A stretch of 64,000 nucleotides of DNA from Hormiphora californensis. Its lineage: Eukaryota; Animalia; Ctenophora. Below are positions 1 to 13,107 of the stretch, in pieces (the stretch's first letter is position 1; every line of letters starts with the position of its first letter). The notes below the pieces were generated by a model. It was not told where the DNA came from and did not search any database. It worked only from the letters and a program-made list of their open reading frames with translations. The DNA is taken from contig CM035357.1 in assembly GCA_020137815.1 (NCBI GenBank), forward strand, positions 1,116,001 through 1,180,000, in the 5' to 3' direction. Made by a program: the position numbers and the translations under genes.

Positions 1-750
1 GACTTCATCTTTTCACAGCTGGTAGATCTACTGGATGTGTGTGCATTAGTCGTAATGGGGTCCCTTTTCATCGCCAGGAACGTCCTACAGAACGTCTTAA
101 AGTCGTCATTTTTCAGACTCTAACCAAAATTCTTTGAGCTCAATTTACACCCTAAAGACGGATTCTAATCGAAAATCCAAGACTATATCATGGAAAGAGA
201 ATTGTCTGAACTTTCAGAAACTATATTGTGAATTTTGAAAACCAGACGTATAAGGGTCTTAAAACGCGTCTAAAGTGTTATGACTGTTTAAAAACAGATA
301 TGACGTTATGGGTTTTTTCGCTATAGCGGACTCAAATCTCATCCAATCGATCTCAAACTTGGTCAGTATCTTCATCTAGGTGGGCCCGATAATATGACGT
401 CTTAATTTTGACGTTACAACGTCGTGACGTCATTTTATGACGTCAAAAATGTAAATTTGTCAATTTCGCGACTCTAACCTTTCTGTACCTATTCTACTAA
501 CTCTACGTGGATAAAAAATCCCAAAAATGATGCATATTATACCAAAACTAATTGAAATTAGTAGGCCGGAAAGGTTGCCCTATGATTTGAGCTACCTTTG
601 GCACCAGTACATTCCCTTAAATTGAAGATAGACGAAGCATATGTTTTACCCTGTCTGCACCCCGGCCCGTGAATGTTACAGTGGCAAAGGTAGCTCAAAT
701 CATAGGGCAACCTTTCCGGCCTACTAATTTCAATTAGTTTTGGTATAATA
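1..750. mobile_element. Interspersed repeat (5' part outside window) ending in a 214-bp hairpin module; second copy at ~42770-43866
   Basis: 1-750 aligns with ~43115-43866. Both end in the same 65-bp inverted arms (536-600/685-749; hairpin 43661-43866), and the flanks diverge right after. Confidence 0.8.
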
Positions 751-2418
751 TGGAATACGTTGTATTACTACATCCTTTTACTTTGTTATCAAAACTCTAT
801 CCGACACGTTTTATCTTGGTCCCACACCTGACACTACACTGCACCACTGAACAGTGGTATCAGAGAAGACATGCCATCTGGCTACCGACGGGAAAAACAG
901 TGGATCGCGTGGGAAGTACGCGACAGACATGTGAGGTGGAGAACCGACGAGTACGAGAGGAACTCCGAAGCTTCCTGCGACAGAGAGTCGGGTACTTCAA
1001 GAGCCTCCTCTCGATGAAGAGTGTGTAGAATAAATAAACGGACACTAACATAGCCCATGCACTCCCAGAAATGAAGAAGCTAACTAAAAGAGACAAAGAG
1101 TGTGATTGAAGAAGTTAGCGGTTAAATGGTGTGTTTGTATACCCAATCAACAGTGGTAGCAGAGAAGACCATATGATATCAATGCTCCAATTTTCGACAA
1201 CCAGACTAACTTCGAGACATACCGGAGCGAGAGTTTGACATTTGGCTACTGGGAACACAATGTTTGTGAGATTTCCTTAGCCCAACTTGGAATACGTTAT
1301 AATACTGTTTACTTTGTAGTTTGTAACCAAACCTTTATCCGACGCGTTTTATCTTGGCCGTCCTGCCCGTTGCGTCAACCATCAGTGAATCGCCAGGTGC
1401 AGCAACAATGGTTGAAAGGACGAGCAAAGGGAGGCAGTCTAAGTGAAAGACAACAGCTGCCAAGACAGTCAACTACGGTGGCACACACCTTACTGTATTG
1501 CACCACTGAATAGTAATTTATAAAGGGTGTTATATTATTGGACTCCTAGCCTATTCTTGAAAGGTACCCATAAACCTCCAGCCGACAACCCATCTCGTGG
1601 GGTCATTCTAAAACTCCTAAAACAGGCATTCAAACTATCGAAAGAGTTAGTTAATAAAAGAAAGCAATTGAAAACCCGCTAGTTGATTCCAGGAGGAAAG
1701 ACACCTTGATGAAGAAGCAAGGAAGAACCAGGATGAAGAGGATGAATTGCTCGGATAACTGTCCTCCTACTTGTTATAAACATCGTGGAGTTGCTGCCAA
1801 CCCTGGCTGAACGTAGTGACACAGACATTGTCAAAGATGAAGCAACTAGCGTGGTTAGTGCTGATGGACTTGGAATTTCAGATACCTGCAACGGTTTGTC
1901 CTGAAATTCTTCCTCCAATTTAATAAAGGTATAATGATCCTCCAATAATGTTATTTGTGTAATGACTAATAATATTATACCACAACAGACCGAGGTAACA
2001 AATGATTCTACTACTGGATCAACTGAATCTACTGAACTTCAGTAGGGGCACCTACTGATCCTTTTTCTATTCCCGATGCCGTAAGATAAATATTGGAATT
2101 GATTTAAAGTGAGAGTGGACCGAATCAGAATCGGACAAGTTTGTTGTAGGTAGTAGAGATTAGCTTTCTGAGCATTTTGCGTTTTTGCCGCTCAAAATCG
2201 ACCCACCCATCACTGAGATATTTTTGTTATGTTGGGAGAACTCCTGTTTAATCAGTATGTATAAAACAGGATAGAAACAATCATGGAGTTTTACTAACAC
2301 ATTCTGAATATAAGCAGTGAGGTTGACATGTCCATGCACAGAAGCAGGGAAATGCAAGCCAGCATATCAAAAATGTAAAGAATGTGTTAGTAAAACACAA
2401 GGATTGTTTCTATCCTGT

Positions 2419-5400
2419 GGTGGTGGTGGTGGTACAGATAGGTTATAGCGTGCCAAACTCTGCCCGTTAGGGCAGAACGACATTGCAACCTCGTCATAGC
2501 GTCTGTCATCGTGTTGTGGTCAGTTGATATCATTGCATTCATATTGTCAGTCAGTCATTGTACTTGCAAGACACTTACGCAGCCCCCACGGTTAAAGGTC
2601 GGTTGCACTCTTCGCATCTCCGCCCCGTGAGGACATTGCAGTTATCTTGCGAATAAGCAAAAAGACAAGTTAGGGGGCACATTTTCAAGCTTGGGTGGCT
2701 GTGCAAGTAGGCCTGTTCGTTTGTTTGTTACGACGACGGTCCGTCGAGTGGACACTTCTCAAGCTTGGGTCTGGGGTAGTCTGTCTATAGTAGCTCTAAT
2801 TAAATTATTGATTGGTAAGGTTTACTCCGGAATCATTATCAATGGTACACAATAGATGAACAGACAATACAGACAGATGAACTTACAGCTTTTTGATGTA
2901 TGATTGGTACCGTGATGTTGTTGGTGATCAGATGAGAGGTGTACCATTTCCACTTCCAGTAGAGATCAAGATAAACAAAAATGATCAAATACAAATAAGA
3001 GGTGGGACAGATTGTAGCGTCCCTAGAATGTGTACGATGTTCTATAGGACAAGACGGGTGGGACAGATAAGAACAATTGTGAGTTGTTACACGCGATAAG
3101 CGACTTAGTGCACCAAAACACAAGGATTGTCCCTGTACTGGCGTGTTTCACAAAGTCCTCTAAATTGGGAAGGGCCAGGGTGGGGGAGGTGGGTGGGGTG
3201 GAGGGGTGGGTGGTGGCTAGTACAAGAAAACGAGCAGGTATTGAATGCGTTAGAGATCAGATATTAGAGGTACTGTGTTGAAAGATACAGGAAAGGAGCA
3301 CTATTTGACAGAATGACTGAACCAGACTAGGCGATGCGGTTGTAAATTGATAGATTTAGGATTAAAGAGAGACTTAGACGGGTGTATGTCAGTGTAACAG
3401 AGCATTCAAAATGAAACAAATATGAAACTGCAAATGTATGAACTGATTGTGAGAGAGTCTGGAGAATCCTGGCAATTCGTTTATGTCACACATCCGCAAA
3501 GTTATTCTGTATCCAGAATGCAGAATGATGCATTTGACAATTTTAATGCTACTGAGACCACAGTTTTGAAGATAGAAACTTGAAATTTTGGGAATTATTA
3601 GGGGATATAGTGGAGCATTGAAAACGAGCAGGTATTGAGTGCGTTAGAGATCAGATATTAGAGGTACTGTGTTGAAAGATACAGGAAAGGAGCACTATTT
3701 GACAGAATGACTGAACCAGACTAGGCGATGCGGTTGTAAATTGATAGATTTAGGATTAAAGAGAGACTTAGACGGGTGTATGTCAGTGTAACAGAGCATT
3801 CAAAATGAAACAAATATGAAACTGCAAATGTATGAACTGATTGTGAGAGAGTCTGGAGAATCCTGGCAATTCGTTTATGTCACACATCCGCAAAGTTATT
3901 CTGTATCCAGAATGCAGAATGATGCATTTGACAATTTTAATGCTACTGAGACCACAGTTTTGAAGATAGAAACTTGAAATTTTGGGAATTATTAGGGGAT
4001 ATAGTGGAGCATTGGCACAAGGAGTATGTTTTGAGACAGAGCAATATTATGGACGTGACCTGAGTACAAGAAAACGAGCAGGTATTGAGTGCGTTAGAGA
4101 TCAGATATTAGAGGTACTGTGTTGAAAGATACAGGAAAGGAGCACTATTTGACAGAATGACTGAACCAGACTAGGCGATGCGGTTGTAAATTGATAGATT
4201 TAGGATTAAAGAGAGACTTAGACGGGTGTATGTCAGTGTAACAGAGCATTCAAAATGAAACAAATATGAAACTGCAAATGTATGAACTGATTGTGAGAGA
4301 GTCTGGAGAATCCTGGCAATTCGTTTATGTCACACATCCGCAAAGTTATTCTGTATCCAGAATGCAGAATGATGCATTTGACAATTTTAATGCTACTGAG
4401 ACCACAGTTTTGAAGATAGAAACTTGAAATTTTGGGAATTATTAGGGGATATAGTGGAGCATTGAAAACGAGCAGGTATTGAGTGCGTTAGAGATCAGAT
4501 ATTAGAGGTACTGTGTTGAAAGATACAGGAAAGGAGCACTATTTGACAGAATGACTGAACCAGACTAGGCGATGCGGTTGTAAATTGATAGATTTAGGAT
4601 TAAAGAGAGACTTAGACGGGTGTATGTCAGTGTAACAGAGCATTCAAAATGAAACAAATATGAAACTGCAAATGTATGAACTGATTGTGAGAGAGTCTGG
4701 AGAATCCTGGCAATTCGTTTATGTCACACATCCGCAAAGTTATTCTGTATCCAGAATGCAGAATGATGCATTTGACAATTTTAATGCTACTGAGACCACA
4801 GTTTTGAAGATAGAAACTTGAAATTTTGGGAATTATTAGGGGATATAGTGGAGCATTGGCACAAGGAGTATGTTTTGAGACAGAGCAATATTATGGACGT
4901 GACCTGAGTACAAGAAAACGAGCAGGTATTGAGTGCGTTAGAGATCAGATATTAGAGGTACTGTGTTGAAAGATACAGGAAAGGAGCACTATTTGACAGA
5001 ATGACTGAACCAGACTAGGCGATGCGGTTGTAAATTGATAGATTTAGGATTAAAGAGAGACTTAGACGGGTGTATGTCAGTGTAACAGAGCATTCAAAAT
5101 GAAACAAATATGAAACTGCAAATGTATGAACTGATTGTGAGAGAGTCTGGAGAATCCTGGCAATTCGTTTATGTCACACATCCGCAAAGTTATTCTGTAT
5201 CCAGAATGCAGAATGATGCATTTGACAATTTTAATGCTACTGAGACCACAGTTTTGAAGATAGAAACTTGAAATTTTGGGAATTATTAGGGGATATAGTG
5301 GAGCATTGGCACAAGGAGTATGTTTTGAGACAGAGCAATATTATGGACGTGACCTGAGTACAAGAAAACGAGCAGGTATTGAGTGCGTTAGAGATCAGAT

Positions 5401-7833
5401 ATTAGAGGTACTGTGTTGAAAGATACAGGAAAGGAGCACTATTTGACAGAATGACTGAACCAGACTAGGCGATGCGGTTGTAAATTGATAGATTTAGGAT
5501 TAAAGAGAGACTTAGACGGGTGTATGTCAGTGTAACAGAGCATTCAAAATGAAACAAATATGAAACTGCAAATGTATGAACTGATTGTGAGAGAGTCTGG
5601 AGAATCCTGGCAATTCGTTTATGTCACACATCCGCAAAGTTATTCTGTATCCAGAATGCAGAATGATGCATTTGACAATTTTAATGCTACTGAGACCACA
5701 GTTTTGAAGATAGAAACTTGAAATTTTGGGAATTATTAGGGGATATAGTGGAGCATTGGCACAAGGAGTATGTTTTGAGACAGAGCAATATTATGGACGT
5801 GACCTGAGTACAAGAAAACGAGCAGGTATTGAGTGCGTTAGAGATCAGATATTAGAGGTACTGTGTTGAAAGATACAGGAAAGGAGCACTATTTGACAGA
5901 ATGACTGAACCAGACTAGGCGATGCGGTTGTAAATTGATAGATTTAGGATTAAAGAGAGACTTAGACGGGTGTATGTCAGTGTAACAGAGCATTCAAAAT
6001 GAAACAAATATGAAACTGCAAATGTATGAACTGATTGTGAGAGAGTCTGGAGAATCCTGGCAATTCGTTTATGTCACACATCCGCAAAGTTATTCTGTAT
6101 CCAGAATGCAGAATGATGCATTTGACAATTTTAATGCTACTGAGACCACAGTTTTGAAGATAGAAACTTGAAATTTTGGGAATTATTAGGGGATATAGTG
6201 GAGCATTGGCACAAGGAGTATGTTTTGAGACAGAGCAATATTATGGACGTGACCTGAGTACAAGAAAACGAGCAGGTATTGAGTGCGTTAGAGATCAGAT
6301 ATTAGAGGTACTGTGTTGAAAGATACAGGAAAGGAGCACTATTTGACAGAATGACTGAACCAGACTAGGCGATGCGGTTGTAAATTGATAGATTTAGGAT
6401 TAAAGAGAGACTTAGACGGGTGTATGTCAGTGTAACAGAGCATTCAAAATGAAACAAATATGAAACTGCAAATGTATGAACTGATTGTGAGAGAGTCTGG
6501 AGAATCCTGGCAATTCGTTTATGTCACACATCCGCAAAGTTATTCTGTATCCAGAATGCAGAATGATGCATTTGACAATTTTAATGCTACTGAGACCACA
6601 GTTTTGAAGATAGAAACTTGAAATTTTGGGAATTATTAGGGGATATAGTGGAGCATTGGCACAAGGAGTATGTTTTGAGACAGAGCAATATTATGGACGT
6701 GACCTGAGTACAAGAAAACGAGCAGGTATTGAGTGCGTTAGAGATCAGATATTAGAGGTACTGTGTTGAAAGATACAGGAAAGGAGCACTATTTGACAGA
6801 ATGACTGAACCAGACTAGGCGATGCGGTTGTAAATTGATAGATTTAGGATTAAAGAGAGACTTAGACGGGTGTATGTCAGTGTAACAGAGCATTCAAAAT
6901 GAAACAAATATGAAACTGCAAATGTATGAACTGATTGTGAGAGAGTCTGGAGAATCCTGGCAATTCGTTTATGTCACACATCCGCAAAGTTATTCTGTAT
7001 CCAGAATGCAGAATGATGCATTTGACAATTTTAATGCTACTGAGACCACAGTTTTGAAGATAGAAACTTGAAATTTTGGGAATTATTAGGGGATATAGTG
7101 GAGCATTGGCACAAGGAGTATGTTTTGAGACAGAGCAATATTATGGACGTGACCTGAGTACAAGAAAACGAGCAGGTGTTGAGTGCGTTAGAGATCAGAT
7201 ATTAGAGGTACTGTGTTGAAAGATACAGGAAAGGAGCACTATTTGACAGAATGACTGAACCAGACTAGGCGATGCGGTTGTAAATTGATAGATTTAGGAT
7301 TAAAGAGAGACTTAGACGGGTGTATGTCAGTGTAACAGAGCATTCAAAATGAAACAAATATGAAACTGCAAATGTATGAACTGATTGTGAGAGAGTCTGG
7401 AGAATCCTGGCAATTCGTTTATGTCACACATCCGCAAAGTTATTCTGTATCCAGAATGCAGAATGATGCATTTGACAATTTTAATGCTACTGAGACCACA
7501 GTTTTGAAGATAGAAACTTGAAATTTTGGGAATTATTAGGGGATATAGTGGAGCATTGGCACAAGGAGTATGTTTTGAGACAGAGCAATATTATGGACGT
7601 GACCTGAGTACAAGAAAACGAGCAGGTATTGAGTGCGTTAGAGATCAGATATTAGAGGTACTGTGTTGAAAGATACAGGAAAGGAGCACTATTTGACAGA
7701 ATGACTGAACCAGACTAGGCGATGCGGTTGTAAATTGATAGATTTAGGATTAAAGAGAGACTTAGACGGGTGTATGTCAGTGTAACAGAGCATTCAAAAT
7801 GAAACAAATATGAAACTGCAAATGTATGAACTC
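2419..7833 (-). mobile_element. Non-autonomous retroposon-like insertion with 5' monomer array and (ACC)n tail
   Basis: 14-bp direct repeat TGTTTCTATCCTGT at 2405-2418 and 7834-7847; (GGT)5 at 2419-2433; minus-strand relic RRCEECNRPLTVGAA*VSC at ~2566-2622 resembles a LINE ORF2 C-terminal zinc knuckle. Confidence 0.65.
3219..7832. repeat. Tandem array of 450-bp units (two 394-bp variants), ~10.5 copies
   Basis: Unit starts (GAAAACGAGCAGG) at 3226, 3620, 4070, 4464, 4914, 5364, 5814, 6264, 6714, 7164, 7614; units are near-identical. Confidence 0.98.
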
Positions 7834-8587
7834 TGTTTCTATCCTGTTTGATAAATACTAATCCAGCAGGAATTCTCCCAACATAACAAAAATATCTCAG
7901 TGATGGGTGGGTCGATTTTGAGCGGCAAAATGCTCAGAAAGCTAATCTCTACTACCTACAACAAAATTGTCCAACTCTGATTCGGTCCACTCTCACTTTA
8001 ATTAGGGTCGGCACAATTGTGAACATTCAAATTGTGAAATTTGTTTAATGTTTATGACATTTGTGTAACATCTACACTTCATCTGTTCCGGATACCGTAA
8101 GAGCACTTTATATATAACATCGATTACGGATAACCAGAGAGAGAGGATCCAGTTATGTGACACAAGAGACAACATCGTTCTTGATGTACCGAACAGGACT
8201 CGAGTCTGTATACCTCGAGTACAGCCTGCGACAAAATTGACACATTTCTGATGGAAGGCAAGTTCCAACTTGCTTTGCGAATGATCTCAGCTGAAAATAA
8301 GGTAAAAAGAATCGAAGTTTCTTTTCCGCTCTATATTTTTATTAGAAGTTCGAACAAAATGAATCTTGATCGATATTTAGCACATATTTCTAGACAATAA
8401 AAAGTTCTGAAAAATGCTGACGCCCCTAAAAACAATGAAATGTATTTCTCATTCTTTGGAAATTGGAATCCGATGTCGTGACCATACTGCACCACTGAAC
8501 ACCCAATCAACAGAGAAGACATGCCATAATGATTAATAGTTATGGCAAAACCTTCTAAGTACAAAGGTAAACAACCAGCCAATCTAT

Positions 8588-10013
8588 AGTGGCTGAAAAT
8601 CCAGAGGCAGTTACTCGAGAAGAGAGAAGAAGAAATAACAGCTGTTCAGTCAACTGCAAAGCAAGAAATGAAAAGTTTTGCATCCTTTTTGGAAAAGGAA
8701 TGTGCTTCTGCTCTGGCTCCGAAGAAGATACAGTCAGCTATTGTGGCCCCGACCCGAAAAATGGGCCATTCACCGAAATAAAGAATATGAAGGAAGATAT
8801 AAATTATATTTTTTAAACGACATGAAAGTCCCAACTGCTTAAAATATTTCCATGATTTGAGTGCAGTTGTCTTCCAGAATCACATTTGGGTTGATGGTCG
8901 CGGTGAATGGCGAAAGGTATCTTGGATGGATAACATGACCAGACATAGGCGTGACATTCACGACCATTATGGCGAACCAAATTATGGGTGATGCATCAGG
9001 TACACAGGGGAACAGTTTATACGTCAGTACCAAGTTCCCAGGCCGGCGTACATGGCCTGGACCCCGAACACAGACCCTCCTTACAGCAATGGTCGGTCCA
9101 GGGGACGATATTTGATGGAGAATTTAGCACGGCCCATCAACATCCACAACTCCATATCCAGTAACCAGTTAATCTGCCACCTATAACACCGTTAACTAGT
9201 CCATTTGTTCTAAACATCGTGGAGTTGCTGCAATGCACAGACTGTCCCCAACCCTGGCTGAGCTAAAAAAGATATACAAAATCATGGCTAGTGACACAGG
9301 CAATCGAATGGACTTGGAATTTCAGATTATAGGTACCTGCAACGGTATGTCCTGAAATACTTCCTCCAAAATAGTATAATGATTCTGTTACTGTTACTCC
9401 TGTGACTGGAATTCTTGATGCTCCTCCATAACCTACTGACCCTTCTGCTATTCCTGATGCCACAAGAGCACTTATGGTAATATTAACGAGATTTAGTGCA
9501 ACACCGATGTATTGGTTCGGCCCAACCCGAAAAAGGGCCATTAAACGAAATCCAATGGCTGAAAATCCAGAGGCAGTTACTCGAGAAGAGAGAAGAAGAA
9601 ATAACAGCTGTTCAGTCAACTGCAAAGCAAGAAATGAAAAGTTTTGCATCCTTTTTGGAAAAGGAATGTGCTTCTGCTCTGGCTCCGAAGAAGATACAGT
9701 CAGCTATTGTGGCCCCGACCCGAAAAATGGGCCATTCAGCGAAATAAAGAATATGAAGGACGATATAAATTACATTTTTTAAACGACATGAAAGTTCAAA
9801 CTGCTTGAAATATTTCCATGACTTGAGTGCAGTTGTCTTCTGGAATCACATTTGGGTTGATGGTCGCGGTGAATGGCGAAAGGTAGCTTGGATGGATAAC
9901 ATGACCAGACATGGGCTTGACATTCACGATCATTATGGCATGGGTGACATCAGGTACACAGGGAAACAGTTTATACGCTAGTACCAAGTTCCCAGGCAGG
10001 CGTACATGGCCTG
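8588..10013. repeat. Local duplication of ~470 bp (8588-9062 and 9554-10013) carrying unidentified coding-like relics
   Basis: Near-identical sequence and translations in both copies; 9210-9460 also resembles 1778-2080. Confidence 0.85.
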
Positions 10014-12252
10014 GAGGAGGCACCTGGCAGGGAAGACACGCCTTCCTCGTAATCCTACTGTTGTTGGAGCCCGGAAGGTAGCTAAAGAAATGGGTATTGA
10101 CCTAATGGCATTTACGCTCCTAAAAACAATGAAATTTATTCCTCATTCTTTGCGACAGTTACTGAACTTTTTGTATAACAGGGAAATTATTGTTATTATA
10201 TGTAGAGATGACGTCGATGGGTGTTATGACAAAGATGACGTTATTTACTGTACACAGACGTTCGAAAGCCGCTTTGCTCCTTACAAGAAGCAGTGGGGGT
10301 GTATGGAGAAGGGAGGTCATTGTGAGGTAGAGGAGGTGACTTGCAATGCAAAGCAGGAGCATTAGTTTTCAGCAAATCCGAAGTTACAGCCATGAAGGTA
10401 GACGAACTGGTCCGGCTGACAGTCATGGCCTCCAGCCCGGGTATTATACATATTATTATATTATTTAATTACTTCCTGTCATGCGATGAGTTCCGGTTCA
10501 TTCAGAGTGAGTAAATGGCAATCTACTTTGCGGCAGATAAGGAGAGAGCAGTAACCTTAAACCGGGAATACGAAACGGGAGCGGAGTGCATGGGATCTCG
10601 CTATAAGAGACAGGCCTAACATTCTGAAACTGACTACCAAACTCGACAATTACACCAGTCTCGTCTTGGAGGATTATGAGGATGGATACGTTGGGTTACC
10701 GGTTTCTAGGTCATTCTTCGAACGGCTTGCTTGGATTTCTCTATTCATAACCTGCCTGGTAATTTGGTGGAACTATGTCGGTGTGTTTGGAGAGCAACTA
10801 ATGCCAAAACCATAATACTAGACTCTCTGGTCGCCAGATTAGCTATAATCATCCCATTAAGTTTATAATACTCGGCCGGCCGAGGAGCCTTTGAATTTGA
10901 TTTAAAATATCTATTCTTTTTTATACTTTAGCCCCCTTATATGGTAGCCGTGTACCTGGATGGTATAGATAGTTGTTTTGATGGACGTGTTGAAACACGT
11001 GAAGAGAAATTAGGGCTGAAGCTGTACAACCTAGAAAAGAGAAGAGTTGGAGGTACAGGGGTACTAAAAAAATGAAACCCTTACGACCATGAACTGTTAC
11101 AATTGTACCTTCATTGAATGCCATTTTAAAACAAGCGTCTAAAGGAGGAATATCAAACTATTACTCTGGTTTCGAGGGCAATCCTAGTATCACCACTCAC
11201 CAGGGTTGAAATGTATAGAGGTCGATATATTGTAACAGTAAATGAAATAGAGAATAGACGTCCCCTCAATCCTCATATATAAGATAGTGACGGAAGGAAA
11301 CATCGAGAAGCTATTTAACAACTCTGTGACAGAGTTGTTGCATTTTCGTAGAGAGTCTCGGTCAATGAGAAGTTTATTGAATCAGTAAGAAAGCTAAGCG
11401 ACGTTAATGTGCAGTAACTGAGGGGCAGACAGCTGAAATCAAAGCCACAGTATATGGGGCCATACCGTGATGAGATGCCTACCGTGCCCCTATTACCCGA
11501 CGAACCTTAAAAAATTTAAAATACAAACTAAAATATAGTAATTGAATCGAGAGAATAGGACTCTTGGCCAACTTTTACAACAATTTGTTACTAATTTAAG
11601 ACCTTTTTTATTCTTTTTATCAAATTACATCATCATCATCATGTCTTATATATAATACCGTCTCTGCCCTTGGGCCGGCATCACCGAGAAATGTCTGAAA
11701 ATTGGAAGGAAGGGGGGCCGGTGTACGTTGTAGTTCGCGGTATATAATATTAAATAAAGAGCTCAAATGAGCGAGAGATGGACGGCACTAGAGTGGTGAT
11801 AGACTATGTTTATTTACTACGTGGGACTTGTTATTTTCTCAATAAGAGTTCCTATAAGAGAAGGACGGTACTATGTTAAGAAGAAGTATGAAGAAGCTCA
11901 AGATCCCTCCAGGGTACAGATGCCTGATATCAATATGGATCTGGTTTCAGAGCTGGAAAAAATACTAAGTGACGAGCTAGAACCGCCTCCACACAGACAG
12001 TTCATGCACCGTCATACAACCCTCCTCTAGAGGAACTGGAAATGGGAAACATGGCCAGGAAATCCTGACGAAGGAGGTGGTGTACGTTGTAGTTCGCAGT
12101 AAATAATATTAGATAAAGAACTTGAATGTTATGACAGTGACCTTATTAGAGACCCTTGCTGCTGTTATGGACAGGCCTGCAGAGAGGCGGGGCCAAGAGG
12201 ATCACAGGATCGTAGTATGTTAGATAAAGAGCTTAGCCAGAGATACCGTACC

Positions 12253-12300
12253 CTGAGGCCTGATGAGCTGAAGAGTTACAGGCCTGTCTCTAACTTATCA
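12253..12300 (+). pseudogene. Tiny CR1/L2-type reverse transcriptase fragment
   Basis: Translates LRPDELKSYRPVSNLS, containing the YRPVSNL motif of non-LTR RTs. Confidence 0.55.
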
Positions 12301-12643
12301 TGCCGCCACACACTCAATTAGTCAATTAGTCATATCTCCGGTTCCTGATTTAAGATAAAGACTTGCTCCCAGTTGCATTGGAAAGATATAATTTTCATCT
12401 TTCTAATGGCACCGGAAAAAGTCGCTACCTTATCAGGAACCGGAAATAGATTTCATGCCCTGCATTTTGATGCACGGCGGCCTGTCGCTTAAATAAAAAA
12501 GTTAATTTATCTTTTTCCATAGTATGTAGATAAAAGGGGGAGCCGGCGGATCAACAGTATAAAAATACACTTGCGGTAAAAAGTATATGCGGGGGTAACC
12601 ATTTATTCACTTACTATCCTTCTTCATTTATTACACGCTAGAG

Positions 12644-13107
12644 ATGCTGCCTGACCTGCTACCAAGCGAATTATTGATCCAGATTATGGACCAGCTACCA
12701 TGTGAGGCATTATACGAAATGGGACAGGTATGCTCACGGTTCCGGCAGCTGCAAATGGAAGAGTGATTATCGGGTATCTTCGTGTTGACGAAGCGCTAGA
12801 GGACAAGAAGGCGATTGAAAGATGGATCTTGTCAAGATTCCCTGTAACCATGTGCATGCCAGCACTCCTCCAACCGCCGATTATCAAGGGGCCCACCGTA
12901 AAGGACGGAGAGAGCGTCTACAACCGGGTCAATAAGCTTGTGTTCCCTTTCACCCAGCTAGAGCGCCCCCCCCCCCAAATCATACTCCACGATGGCAATC
13001 TCCTTCAGAAAACTAAAAAAGGAAAGCAGGGAAACACAGCCATCAGTTATTCTTGTTCTTCTTTACGAACATATTGCGCTCTATTGATATTCACATCTCA
13101 TTTTTAG
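12644..13107 (+). pseudogene. F-box protein relic (probably frameshifted)
   Basis: ATG 12644 gives MLPDLLPSELLIQIMDQLPCEALYEMGQVCSRFRQL, matching the F-box consensus; stop at 12764-12766; probably continues in the frame of ORF 12730-13107; TATAAAA near 12558. Confidence 0.65.

Larger units (their letters stand above)
2108..7997. mobile_element. Kolobok-like MITE split by a 5.4-kb insertion
   Basis: TTAA at 2104-2107 and 7998-8001; termini AGTGAGAGTGGACCGAATC...GATTCGGTCCACTCTCACT; ~170-bp imperfect TIRs. A TTAA TSD with RR...YY ends is the Kolobok signature. Confidence 0.75.

Noticed and set aside
3219-7832. CRISPR array or rDNA/5S array
   Set aside because: The units are 450 bp and identical, with no unique spacers and no recognisable RNA gene.
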